64,000 bases of DNA from Narcine bancroftii (GCF_036971445.1 NC_091473.1:205344001-205408000); one strand, 5' to 3'. Shown: positions 13,822-24,747, counted from the first letter of the stretch. Numbers and translations: made by a program. Notes: generated by a model not told the origin, from the sequence alone.

Positions 13822-14031
13822 GTACATCACGAAATTCAATCGGACGCTGTGATTATGAGCGCCCCCGGCCACGGAATGGAAGGGACAGCGCGACATTCCT
13901 GGAGGGTCCTCTTGAGCCGATGTACGAGGAGGGCGGCCTCTTATGTGTCCTAGAGAATAGGCCGCTACCAACGCGATCCCACAGTCTTATATCAGGCTAA
14001 AATGTTGAAATATTCGCTGCTTATCTTCATC

Positions 14032-14471
14032 CTGGCTCCCTCCTCATTTAGTTGTACGCTGATTCTGCGGGCCGTTCAACTTGACTGATTGGTCAGCGCA
14101 TGTCCCTCCCGGCTCAGCCCAATTCTTCGCATATCCTGCACTGCGTGCTTCGTTCCAACAACAATTGGGGAAATGTAATGACTGACACACAGACATGGCT
14201 GCGGGAAGGCAAGCAGTGGCACCCGGCAAGTGTTACCTTATATTTTAGGACGTTTAAATTCCCTTGAAATCTTAAATATATGCTTAAAAATAGCACCTCA
14301 GGCAATGAGGTTCCGTGTCACAATTGTCCAGACAGGATGACGGTTATTTTGGAGAAAAGGGCCTGGATATTCCACCTTAATGTTTTGAAAACTCTTGAAG
14401 TGGCATTGGCCGTGTATGTTGGGCGGTGCGCTCACACTGTTCTTTGGAAATTGCGGAGACACACAAAAGCT
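14032..14471 (+). pseudogene. V pseudogene, short-intron 'B' family, with 23-RSS
   Basis: Leader relic without ATG. CPDRMTVILEKRAWIFHLNVLK..ALAVY; C104 lost. RSS: CACACTG(14433) + 23 nt + ACAAAAGCT. Confidence 0.8.
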
Positions 14472-14856
14472 GAATCTGAAATCGGATGTGGTGGAAGCAA
14501 AACGGGAGAAAGAAGACGGGAGACGTTAGGGATTGCATAAGATTAATCAGGTGAAAATGTTAGACAGAATGATCTAGAGGAATAGAAGGGGAGAGAGGTA
14601 GCGAGGGAGGAGATAAAAAGAGAGAAGACGGGGAAAGTGCACAGGTAGAGGGGGAAACCTTGCTGAAAGAAGGGGAATGCAATGCAGACTGTCTTCACAA
14701 CGCGATCTGATTGGTTGACGAATGACCACAACCAACCTTGTGTGAAGGAAACTCATCTGTATCTGCGCCAGGTGTGATTCACTCATAACATCGCCCCTCC
14801 ACTTGTACAGCGGTAACACAAGGAAATCTTCACTTTTGATCTTTAATCCACAGACC

Positions 14857-14902
14857 ATGTTCTTCCTGAAGAGTATGGTGATTCTTTGTGCCATTCTGAC
14901 TG
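14857..14902 (+). pseudogene. Orphan 'A'-family leader exon
   Basis: MFFLKSMVILCAILT with the donor mutated (g|ATGAG). The intron is truncated by a CR1 fragment at about 15100 and no cognate V exon follows. Confidence 0.75.
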
Positions 14903-15099
14903 ATGAGTCTGTCTGACTGGTCAGCGACCTCTGCTCATTGCCCTTTATATACGAATCTCTAGCTTTACCTTCATTAAAGACAGACGATTTCCCCAAATAT
15001 TCTGCTCTCCCTCACACCTTCTCCCTCTGTTTGCTCATTTATACACTCTCTGCATTGACTGAACTTCCTCATGTTTTCACAGTTGCGCGTTCGCTCTGT

Positions 15100-16180
15100 C
15101 CTCGAAAACCAAGGTTCCCTCTGGTGCCTTTAATCCTGACAGGAACATGCATACTCTGCACTCTCAAAATGTCGCCTTTGAAGGCCTTCCACTGACTGAA
15201 CACATACTTGCCATTAGACAGATTATTCCAGTCCACTCTTCCTAGATCCTTTCTCATTTCCCTAAATTGGCCTCTCACCATTTTATAATATTAACTCGAG
15301 GGCTAGACCTATCCATATCCATAATTAAATTGAAAATAATGTCATTATGGTCACTCGACCCAAATGTTGCCTACACATGCTTCTGTCACCTGACCTGTCT
15401 GGTTCTCTAACATGAGATCAAGTATTGCATCAGCTCTCGGTAGCACCTATATATATTGATTAAGAAATCTTTCCTGAACAGATTTGATGAACGTTAAGCC
15501 ACCCAGCCCTTTTATCACACGGGGGTCCAGTCAATATATGGAAAATTAAAATCACCTACTATCCCAACATTCTCTTTCTGAAAGTTTCTCTTTCTGTTGA
15601 CACTTCACAGATTTGCACATTCAATTCTCTCGGACATTGTATGGTCTATAATACAAGCCTTTCAGTGTGGCCGCTCCTTATCCATTGCTGAACTCCATCC
15701 ATTTGGCCTCTGTAGACGAGCCTTCTCTGCTGTCCTGTCTAAGCACTGCTGTGATAGTTTCCCTGACTAGCAATCTTACTCCTCCTCTATGTCCAAAGGA
15801 GAGAATCATGGAGCAATGTGCTGCCAGTCCTGCTGCTCCTGCAACCAACTCTCAATAAAGGCGTAATTCCACGTGCCAATCCACGTCTTAAAACCGCCCG
15901 CCCTTGTGGCAATACTCGTTGCATTGAAATAAATACATCTCAGAACATTTCTATCGTGTGCAAACATTTGATTTCTGTCTATACACGCAGTCCTCACATG
16001 ATATTTATCAACCTCCAGCTCACTATCAGCTCTCACACTCTGGGTTTCCTCCACCAACAAATCAAATTTAACCCTCCGGAACAGCATCAGCAAACCTGTC
16101 CGCTAGGATATAGGTCCCCTTCCAGTTCGGATACAAATCCCCTGTCGGAACAGGTCCCACCTTCCCCAGAAGAGAGCCGA
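15100..16180 (-). mobile_element. Decayed CR1 fragment (endonuclease region), duplicated at 27075-28185
   Basis: Minus-strand YFNATSI..WIGTWNY..ESWLQE.QDWQ and F.EMRKDLG.VDW..QWKAFKG.IL motifs of CR1 ORF2; near-identical copy at 27075-28185. Confidence 0.8.
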
Positions 16181-16233
16181 ATGATATATCTATCGAGAGA
16201 GATTAAAGAAATATTCGACAGTTCACCTTCATC

Positions 16234-16683
16234 TTGGCTTCCTCCTCATTCCGATGCTTGCTGATTCTAGGGCCGTTGTGCTTGGCGACTCTCTGTCTGA
16301 TGGGTCAGCTCGTGTCCCTTCCGGCTCAACGCAATTCCTCACATTGTTCCGTTCCAGACACAAAGTGGGAATCCAGTGACCAACGGACCTGGAACGGTAG
16401 CCGTGGGAAGTGTCGCCGAGCTTTTGTTACCCGACAAGGGTTCCTGTATTCTTTTGAAACATTGCAATTCTCATGGAATCTTGGATACATTTGCTGAAAA
16501 TCCACAGCTCAGGAGTAGAGGTCTGTCGCACGATTGGAAGGATAGGATGAAGGGTTCCTTGGAGAAGAGGGGTCGAATATTCTACCTCACTATCCCCGGA
16601 GATCCTGAAGCGGACTTGGCCGTTTATCTCAGTTCGGTGCAGTTCACACCCTTCCTGGGAAATTGCGGAGGTACACAAAATTT
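16234..16683 (+). pseudogene. V pseudogene, B family
   Basis: Leader relic with TTG start, internal stop and GC donor. DWKDRMKGSLEKRGRIFYLTI..EADLAVYLS. RSS: CACACCC(16645) + 23 nt + ACAAAATTT. Confidence 0.8.
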
Positions 16684-17099
16684 CATTCTGAGATGGGATG
16701 TGGTTCGAGAGAAAAGGGAAGATGGAAGACGATAGAGCGTGTTGAGGATGGAGAAAAGTTAAGCAGGTGAAAGAGTGAGGCAGAGAGAGGTAGAACCGTA
16801 AAATTAATGACGTTGTGAGACGGAGGAGTGAGGGAAAGCGAGGGAGGAGATACAAAGAGGGCAGGAGAAAGACGCGGGAAGTGGACAGAGAGGGAGAAAC
16901 TGAGCGTAGGACGGGGAATGAGATGGGGATTGTCTTATCAACTCAGTCTGGTTGGTTCAATCATCGCCAGACGAACCAATCCTGTGTGAGGGAAACACTC
17001 TCATATCTGGCCCAGGCGTCATTTCACTTATAAAATCGCCCCACCCTTGTACAGCGGTAACACATGGAAATCTTCGCTTTTGACCTTAATCCGGGTACC

Positions 17100-17892
17100 A
17101 TGTCCCTCCTGAGTTGTTTGCTGACGCTGTGGGCCTTTAATACTGGTGAGACTGTCTGATTGGTCAGTGACGCCTATCCATCATCTTTTCTCTATGTATC
17201 TCCAAATTTAACCTAAATAAAGTTGACAAATCCCCAAACTGTTACCGTCTCCCTTCTCGCTCTGCTTGCTCATTTACATAGCCAATGTTCATTAAACCTC
17301 CTCACGGTTCGTCTGTTTCTCTTCTCTCTCTGTCTCTCGCTCTTGGTCGTTTTCTGGCTTGGGAAACGGCGACTCAAACAGAGTTTCTGTTGCGTCCGAC
17401 GTGGGATCGCGCTCTTATATGGTGGAGCATTTGTAAAATATCCTTGCTCCGAAATGAGTCTGTGCATCATGTTCCTACTGAGTTGTTAACTGATTCTATG
17501 CACCGTTCCTCGTGGTGAGACAGATTGGCCAGCACGTATCCAACGAGATCCGCTCGGACCCCATCCATTCCCATATTCTGTTTTATTCCAGGGACGATTG
17601 GGAACGATTCAGTGATTCAGGAACCCGCGGAATTGGCAGTCGATGAAGAGCAGATCGTATCACTGAGCTGCAGTTACTCGATGGTTGCTAACGCATATGT
17701 TTGGTACATTCAACGACCTGGAGTATCTCCCAAATATTTGCTGAAAATCTACACGTCAGGAGACGTGGTTCCGTCTCCCGATTGTCCGCAGAGAATATCG
17801 GGTTTATTGGAGAAAAAGAGTCAGACATTCCTCCTCAACATCTCTAAAAGTCTTGTGGAGGATTCCGCCATGTATCTCTGCGCCGTGAGACA
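17100..17892 (+). CDS. TRAV: TCR alpha/delta V segment, apparently functional (A family): leader 17100-17145, V exon 17592-17892
   Basis: Leader MSLLSCLLTLWAFNT|g-GTGAG; acceptor TTCCAG at 17591. Open V: GTIGNDSVIQEP..VSLSCSYS..VWYIQRPG..PKYLL..DCPQRIS..LNIS..EDSAMYLCAVR. Confidence 0.92.
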
Positions 17893-17931
17893 CACGCTGT
17901 TCCAGGACAGTGGCAGATCCGCACAAAAATC
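17893..17931 (+). promoter_or_regulatory. 23-RSS
   Basis: CACGCTG + 23 nt + ACAAAAATC. Confidence 0.88.
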
Positions 17932-18224
17932 AAACCTCTCGAAATTCAATAGGACGCTTGTGTTCGGGGTCACCCTCGACCACGGAATGGAAAGGACAGC
18001 GCGACCTTCCTGGTGGGTCTGCTGAAAAGCAGAATTGCAGGATATTTGCGTTTCTCTTTCCCTGAGTGCTCTGGGTCCGCGTTGGAGGTTGAATGTCAGG
18101 GGGAGAGGAAGAAAGAGATGGGTATTTGTCAGTATATTTTAGGAAAATGAAGGAGTGTTGGTTAGATGGAAGTTGAGAAGATTTTAAAAATCGTAGCCGC
18201 ACGGGTGGGTGGGAGTAGTAGCGA

Positions 18225-18490
18225 TCACTCAAATTGTCATTGCTAAAATGAACCAGTAGCTCCTTGGTCTTGGTGATATTAAGAACATAATTGTCGTTCT
18301 GGAACCACCCGAACTGGTTCTCGATCACCATCCTACATTCGGATTCATCATTTCCATTTATTTGGGCAGCCCTGGTGGAGCCTTCAGCTAATTTGTAGAT
18401 CGAGTTAGGGGTGAAATTGTCTGAACATCCATGAGAGAACATGGCTAAATTTGAAGGGAGCGAGTGATTGGCATTGCTCTCGAAAGTGTA
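18225..18490 (-). mobile_element. Rex1-like LINE RT relic
   Basis: WFQNDNYVLNITKTKELLVHF motif in ORF 17930-18442; a related longer relic lies at 23290-23870. Confidence 0.65.
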
Positions 18491-18630
18491 AGACGGAGTC
18501 GCCTCAAGGATGGAAGCGAAAGAGAACAGGAGAAGGCGAAAAGGTGCAGGAAAACAAGTGAAGATGAAGGAAAGGTATGAGCGAGAATGAAGAAGAGAGT
18601 GAGACGTCTGGTGTGTAAATATAGATAAGT

Positions 18631-19814
18631 CTTCTTTGGCTTGGCTTCGTGGACGAAGATTTATGGAGGGGGTAAATGTCCACGTCAGCTGCAGGCTCGT
18701 TTGTGGCTGACAAGTCCGATGCGGGACAGGCAGACACGGTTGCAGCGGTTGCAGGGGAAAATTGGTTGGTTGGGGTTGGGTGTTGGGTATTTCCTCCTTT
18801 GCCTTTTGTCAGTGAGATGGGCTCTGCAGTCTTCTTCAAAGGAGGTTGCAGCCCGCCGAACTGTAAGGCGCCATGATGCACGGTTTGAGGCGATATCAGC
18901 CCACTGGCGGTGGTCAATGTGGCAGGCACCAAGAGATTTCTTTAGGCAGCCCTTGTACCTTTTCTTTGGTGCACCTCTGTCACGGTGGCCAGTGGAGAGC
19001 TCGCCATATAACACGAGCTTGGGAAGGCGATGGTCCTCCATTCTGGAGACGTGACCCACCAAGCGCAGCTGGATCTTAAGCAGCGGGACTCGATGCTGTC
19101 GACCTCTGCCATCTCGAGTACTTCGACGTTAGGGATGAAAGCGCTCCAATGAATGTTGATGATGGAGTGGAGACAACGCTGGTGGAAGCGTTCTAGGAGC
19201 TGTAGGTGATGCCGGTAGAGGACCCATGATTCGGAGCCGAACAGGAGTGTGGGTATGACAACGGCTCTGTATACGCTTATCTTTTCAATCTTCTTCAGCA
19301 TGATGCTGAACCAAGCCATGAAAGACCTCAACAATGAAGTCGCTGTTTACATCCGGTACCGCACGGATGGCCGTCTCTTCAATCTGAGGCGCCTGCAAGC
19401 TCACACCAAGACAGAAGAGAAACTTGTCCGTGAACTACTCTTTGCAGACGATGCCGCTTTAGTTGTCCATTCAGAGACAGCTCTTCAGTGCTTGACGTCC
19501 TGTTTTGCAGAAACTGCCAAAATGTTTGGCCTGGAAGTCAGCCTGAAGAAAACTGAGGTCCTCCATCAGCCAGCTCCCCACCATGACTACCAGCCCCCCC
19601 ACATCTCTGTCGGGCACACAAAACTCAAAACGGTCAACCAGTTTACCTATCTCGGCTGCACCATTTCATCAGATGCAAGGATCGACAACGAGATAGACAA
19701 CAGACTCGCCAAGACAAATAGCGCCTTTGGAAGACTACACAAAAGAGTTTGGAAAAACAACCAACTGAAAAACCTCACAAATATAAGCGTATACAGAGCC
19801 GTTGTCATACCCAC
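18631..19814 (-). mobile_element. RTE-clade LINE with inverted 5' segment
   Basis: The 3' part is on the minus strand at 18631-19282 (HVSRMEDHRLPK..C2H2-like CNRC..H end, GAA tail). The upstream RT part (RELLFADD..LEVSLKKTEV..FTYLG) is on the + strand at 19283-19814. TSD ATATAGATAAGT(18619-18630)/ATATAAATAAGT(19815-19826). Confidence 0.92.
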
Positions 19815-20009
19815 ATATAAATAAGTAACACGTGGGTAAAAGACTGAGAATGAAAACAGCCAACATTAATAACCAGGTTCAGTCACTATTGAGCCGATGT
19901 GCGAGAATGGCGCCCTCTTGTGCCTCCTAGAGGATGGGCCGCGACTGATGCGACCCCACAGTCATATATCGGGGGAAGACGTTGAAATATACTCCTGTTT
20001 ATATTCATC

Positions 20010-20466
20010 CTGGAGTCTTTCCCATTCAGTTGTTTTCTGATTCTGTGGGGCATTCTACTTGGCGAGCCTCTGTCTAATTGGTCAGCGCGTGTTCCTCCCG
20101 GCTCAGACTATTTCCTCGCAGATCTGCACTGCATGTTTCTTTCCCGAAACAAATGGGGAAATGCTGTGACATACGGACATGGCCACTGGAAGGCAAAAAG
20201 TGGCACTGACACTAGTTACCCGACAAGTGTAACCTTATATTTTTGAGCCGTTGCAATTCCCGTGGACAGTGAGATCTTGGATAAAACATACTATTCGATA
20301 TGCTTCGGGCTCACGATCGTCCGGACAGGATGACGGTTACTTTGGAGAAAAGGGCCTGGATATTCCACCTCAATGTTTCGAAAGCTCTTGCAGCGGACTT
20401 GGCCGTGTATCTCTGCGCGGTGCCGCTCACACTGTTCCTTGGAGTTTGCGGAGACGCACAAAAGCT
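20010..20466 (+). pseudogene. V pseudogene, B family, with 23-RSS
   Basis: Leader relic (CTG start, GC donor) and decayed FR1/FR2. DRPDRMTVTLEKRAWIFHLNVSKALAADLAVYLCAV. RSS: CACACTG(20428) + 23 nt + ACAAAAGCT. Confidence 0.85.
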
Positions 20467-21076
20467 GATTCTGAAATCGGATGTTGGTGGAAACAAAACC
20501 GGAGACAAAGGACGCGAGAGGGCGTTAGGGATGGCAGAGAGCTAATGAGGTGAAAATGTGAGAAAGAGTGAGCTGCAGGAATAGAACGAAATAAGGAGAG
20601 GGAGCGAGGGAGGAGATAAAAAAGGAGGGAGACGAGTATACAAGTAGAGGGAGAAACGTTCGTGAAGGACGGTGAACGCGATGCAGACTGACTACACAAC
20701 GCGATCTGATTGGTTCGTTAATGACCACACCAACCAATCATGTGTGAGGGAAACTCATTCATACGTGCCCAAGTGTTAGTCGCTCATAACATCGCCTGAC
20801 CATTTGTTCAGCGTAACACAAGGTTACTTCGGTTTTGATCTTAATGCACACACCATGTTCTTCCTGAATGGTTTGCTGATTCTTTGGGCCCTTCTGACTG
20901 GTTAGTCTCTCTGACTGGTCAGCGACTGCCCAATGCGTTTTTTCTACGAATTTCTAGTTTTAACCTCATTAAAGACAGACTATTACCCCAAATACTTCCT
21001 CTCCTTCGCACGTGCTCCCTCCACTTACTCATTTACACACTCTCTGTGTTCACTGAACTTCCTCACGGTTTCACTA

Positions 21077-21079
<3 letters not shown>

Positions 21080-21132
<53 letters not shown>

Positions 21133-21155
21133 TCTGTCTCTCTGTCTCTCTCTCC
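21080..21155. repeat. (CT)n microsatellite in V intron
   Basis: Directly visible. Confidence 0.95.
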
Positions 21156-21487
21156 TCGATGTTTTCGTGCGAGGGAAACTGCGACTCAAACAGAGTTTCT
21201 GTTTCTTCCAACGTGGGATCACGCTCTTATATGGTCGAACATTTGTTACATATCCTTTCTCCGAATTTAGACCGGGCATCATGTTCCTACTGAGTTGTTG
21301 GCTAATTCAATGCACCGTCCCGTCTGCAGAGACATATTGGTGAACTAATGCAGCGCGGGTTTAGTGCCGTCCAGCAGCGGTGACACATCCCTAACGTCTA
21401 GTGCCACTGACACTAGTTAGCCGACAAGTGTTACCTTATATCTTTGGTATGTTAAAATTCCCGAGGACCATGAAATCTTTGATATTT

Positions 21488-21613
21488 CAACCGTGCCTGC
21501 CTGTCCCGCATCGGACTTGTCAGTCACCAACGAGCCTACATCAGACGTGGACATACCCCTCCATAAATCTTCGTCCGCGAAGCCAAGGCATAGAGAAGAG
21601 AAAGAGAGAGAAG
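21488..21613 (+). mobile_element. Short 3' end of RTE LINE
   Basis: Matches 63195-63315 (CTGCCTGTCCCGCATCGGACTTGTCAG..CCATAAATCTTCGTCCGCGAAGCCAAG) with a GA-rich tail. Confidence 0.88.
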
Positions 21614-22193
21614 ACATCCTAGTGAATGTGGTTCCTTCTCAAGATTGTCCGGATAGGATAACGGTTACTTTGGAGAAAAGTGGCCGGATATTCCATCTCA
21701 ATTTTTTGAAAGCTCTTGATGCGGACTTGGCCGTGTATCTCTGCGCAGTGTAGCTCACAGTGTTCTTTGGAAATTGCGGAGCCGCAGAAAGGCTAATTCT
21801 GAAATCGGAAGTGGTTTGAAATAAAACTGGAGAAAGAAGACGGGAGAGCGCGTTAGGGATTGCGTAAGGTTGAGCAGGTGTAAATGTTGGATAGAAAGAG
21901 CTAGAGGAATAGAATGAAAGAAGGGGAGAGAGGGAGCGAGGCAGGAGATAAAAAGTGAGAAGACGCAGGGAGCGTACAGGTAGAGGGGTAAACCTTTCTG
22001 AAAGAAGGGGAATGCGACGTAAACTGTTTTCACGACGCGATCTGACAGTTTGACTAATGACCACATCAACCAATCCTGTGTGAAGGAAACTCATTCATAT
22101 CTGCCCCAGGTGTTAGTCGGTCATAACATCGCACGATCATTTGTTCAACGGCAACGCAGAGAAATCTTTACTTTTGACCTTAATTCGCATATT

Positions 22194-22963
22194 ATGGCTC
22201 TCCTGTGTTGTTTGCTGATTCTATGGGCCGTTTTGACTGGTGAGCCTGTCCGATTTGTCACCGAACTCTGTGCATCGCCCGTGGTCTAGGTGTCTTTCAC
22301 TTTAACATAATTAAAGTTAGGTGACTCCCGAAAGAATCAAACTCCTTAGCTCTCCCTCCGTTTACTCGTTTACTGATCTACGTCGCGCCCCTCCTCTCTC
22401 TGTGTCGCTCTTCACCGCTCCAATGAGAGAGAAACAAGCCAGGTCTCCAACAGGGATCTACCTACATCCGACGTCAGCTTGTGACCTTGTATCGGGTGAG
22501 AAATTGGGCTTTCTTCCGAATTTAGGCCGGGCATCACATTCCTCCTGAATTTTTGGATAATTCTATGCACCTTTCCGCCTGGTAAAAAAAAAAAGATTGA
22601 TGAACTGGTGCCGCGCGGATTCAGTGCCGTCCAGCAACGTTCATTAATTCTGTTTTGTTCAGGGGCGAGTGCAAAACATTCAGTGACCCAAACACCGCTG
22701 CAACTGATAGTGGAGGAAGGGCAGATCGTATCTCTTAACTACAGTTACTCGATGAGTCCCGACGCTTATTTTTGGTACATTCAACATCCCGGAGAATCTC
22801 CAAAATATTTACTGAAAATCTACATATCAGGACAGATAGTTCCGTCTCACGATTGTCCTAAGAGGATATCGGGTTCCTTAGAGAAATCGAGTCAGAAATT
22901 CCACATCAATATATCACAAATCCGAGTGGAGGATTCCGCCGTGTATCTCTGCGCCGTGGTGCT
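22194..22963 (+). CDS. TRAV: TCR alpha/delta V segment, open ORF lacking first Cys (A family): leader 22194-22239, V exon 22663-22963
   Basis: Leader MALLCCLLILWAVLT|g-GTGAG; acceptor TTCAG at 22662. GASAKHSVTQTP..VSLNYSYS (Y at C23)..FWYIQHPG..DCPKRIS..EDSAVYLCAVV; no stops. Confidence 0.88.
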
Positions 22964-23002
22964 CACGCTGTTCCAGGGCGGTGGGGGATCTGCATAAAAA
23001 AC
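22964..23002 (+). promoter_or_regulatory. 23-RSS
   Basis: CACGCTG + 23 nt + ATAAAAAAC. Confidence 0.82.
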
Positions 23003-23289
23003 TCACCTCGAGAATTGTCATCGTTCGCAGTTGCTAGAGGGCGCTTACGGTCCCCAGGAGCCATTTCTCTCAGTCAGATCAATAGAAAGGAGCATTCTGG
23101 AAAGTCGGCTGGAAAAGACAACGCCGAGGTGCAGGAGATTTTCGCTCCTCTTGCGTTTCTTTTTCTATGCTTCCGTTTCGTTTCTTTGAGGTTGAAGGTA
23201 GGATGTCAGGTAGGGAGAAAAAGTGAATATCTGTTTCCCAGATTATAGACGGAAAATGGAAGTTGTGTTTATGTGATGGAATTTGAGAG

Positions 23290-23870
23290 ATTAATGAAGG
23301 CGGCGTGGGTAGGGCAGGAACGTGGTCCCTCGGCCTTTCCTTCCTGAAATCAAAACCAACCGTCTTGTTTTTGGTTATCATTAGGAAAAACATTGCCGCA
23401 CCGGTACCACCCAAATAGGTTCTCTACTACCATCCTGTATTCTTACTCATTTTTACCAGTTATTCACCCAACACTGATGGTGTCGTCAAATATTTTGCAG
23501 ATTTTGTGAAATTTGCCCCACAATCATGAGTGTATGTGGCAGAGAGTATGGAACAAAGCAAGCAATCTTGGAGTGCTGCCGTGTTTCTGAAGTGATGTTG
23601 GTTGCGGCCTTCCAATGAGGAATTCACATGGTTGGAATGAGTCACAGATCCTTTAGCTTGGTCATCGGCTTTGCAAGTATTAGGGTGTTGCACGCCAAGC
23701 TTTAGTCCATGAACAGCAGCCCCACGAGGGTGTTTCGATGGTCTATGTGATTTAATGCAGAGAGGACAATCAGCGATAGGGGAGTCGTTAGTTGACCTGT
23801 TGTGGCGTTGGGCGAATTGAAGTGGTCCCAGGTCCTTCCCGAGGTAGGACTCCATAATCACCCGGTCAGA
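23290..23870 (-). mobile_element. Rex1-like LINE RT relic
   Basis: LGPLQFAQRHNRSTND (DPLQFAYR..RST.DA motif) and ITKNKTVGFDFRK on the minus strand. Confidence 0.7.
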
Positions 23871-24471
23871 ACATTTCCTCCAAGTGCTTTAAGTTGCTCT
23901 TATTGGGCAAGAAAAGGAGAGAGCACTGTTGAAGCCAAATTACAGAAATACTGGAGGAGCAAAACCGGTCTCGTAGAGCCCAAATGAGGGAAATATTCCT
24001 TCCGGATGCTTCGGTCCTGAACCCTTCTACAAGGAATAAACAAATCTCAGAAAGGCATGAAAATAGAGACTAGAGACTGACGGGGGGGGGGGGGTGGTGT
24101 GTGGTGGTGGTGGGGGTTTTGGAGTGGGGTGGTGGTCCAGAAATACAGTTGCAAATTGGATATGGAAGGAGAAGAGGTGAGAATTGATTTTGGCTATGTC
24201 AAGGGAGACAGTGTGAAATGCGAATAGATAGAGATNNNNNNNNNNNNNNNNNNNNNNNNNNNNNNNNNNNNNNNNNNNNNNNNNNNNNNNNNNNNNNNNN
24301 NNNNNNNNNNNNNNNNNNNNNNNNNNNNNNNNNNNNNNNNNNNNNNNNNNNNNNNNNNNNNNNNNNNNNNNNNNNNNNNNNNNNNNNNNNNNNNNNNNNN
24401 GGAGAGGAAGTGAGAGAGTGCCGTGGGAAATGCAACAGGTGGAAGAACAGCGGGGGATATTTTAAGAAACA

Positions 24472-24747
24472 TTGACGGGCGAGGAAGGGCAGATCGTGGA
24501 ACTGAACTGTAGTTATTTGACGAGTCAGACCACATATTCTTGGCACATTCAATGTCTTGGAGAACCTCCGAAATATTTGCTGAAATATATAGGCCGATTG
24601 TCCTGATTGGATATCGGTGTCTTTGGAGAAAAAGAGCCTGCGCTTTCACTTGACATTCTCTGGGGCTTTTGTGGAGGACTCTGCCATGTATTTCTGCGCC
24701 GTGCGGCTCACACTGTCCCTGGGCGATGATGGATCCGCACAAAAACT
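24472..24747 (+). pseudogene. V pseudogene (A-like) with near-consensus 23-RSS
   Basis: EEGQIVELNCSY..SWHIQ..PKYLLK, frameshifting deletion, then DCPDWIS..EDSAMYFCAVR. RSS: CACACTG(24709) + 23 nt + ACAAAAACT. No leader or acceptor is visible. Confidence 0.88.

Larger units (their letters stand above)
20855..21794 (+). pseudogene. Chimeric V pseudogene: A-family leader and intron fused to a B-family V exon, with an RTE insertion
   Basis: Intact leader MFFLNGLLILWALLT|g-GTTAG (20855-20900) and A-type intron to about 21378. B-type exon follows (TLYLWYVKIP..DCPDRITVTLEKSGRIFHLNFLKALDADLAVYLCAV*). RSS: CACAGTG(21756) + 23 nt + AGAAAGGCT. Confidence 0.8.

Noticed and set aside
13978-14010. CACAGTC upstream of B leaders as a 12-RSS or D segment
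   Set aside because: No nonamer at the right distance; it lies next to the TATA-like TTATAT and is better explained as promoter.
17380-17425. Nonamer-like AGTTTCTGT in A-family introns as an inverted RSS
   Set aside because: No heptamer at 12 or 23 nt spacing.
14032-22963. NAR-TCR-like double-V (V-D-J plus leaderless supporting V) interpretation of the paired V segments
   Set aside because: No D or J lies between the pairs, each downstream V has its own leader, and the upstream V segments are TCR-like rather than IgNAR-like.
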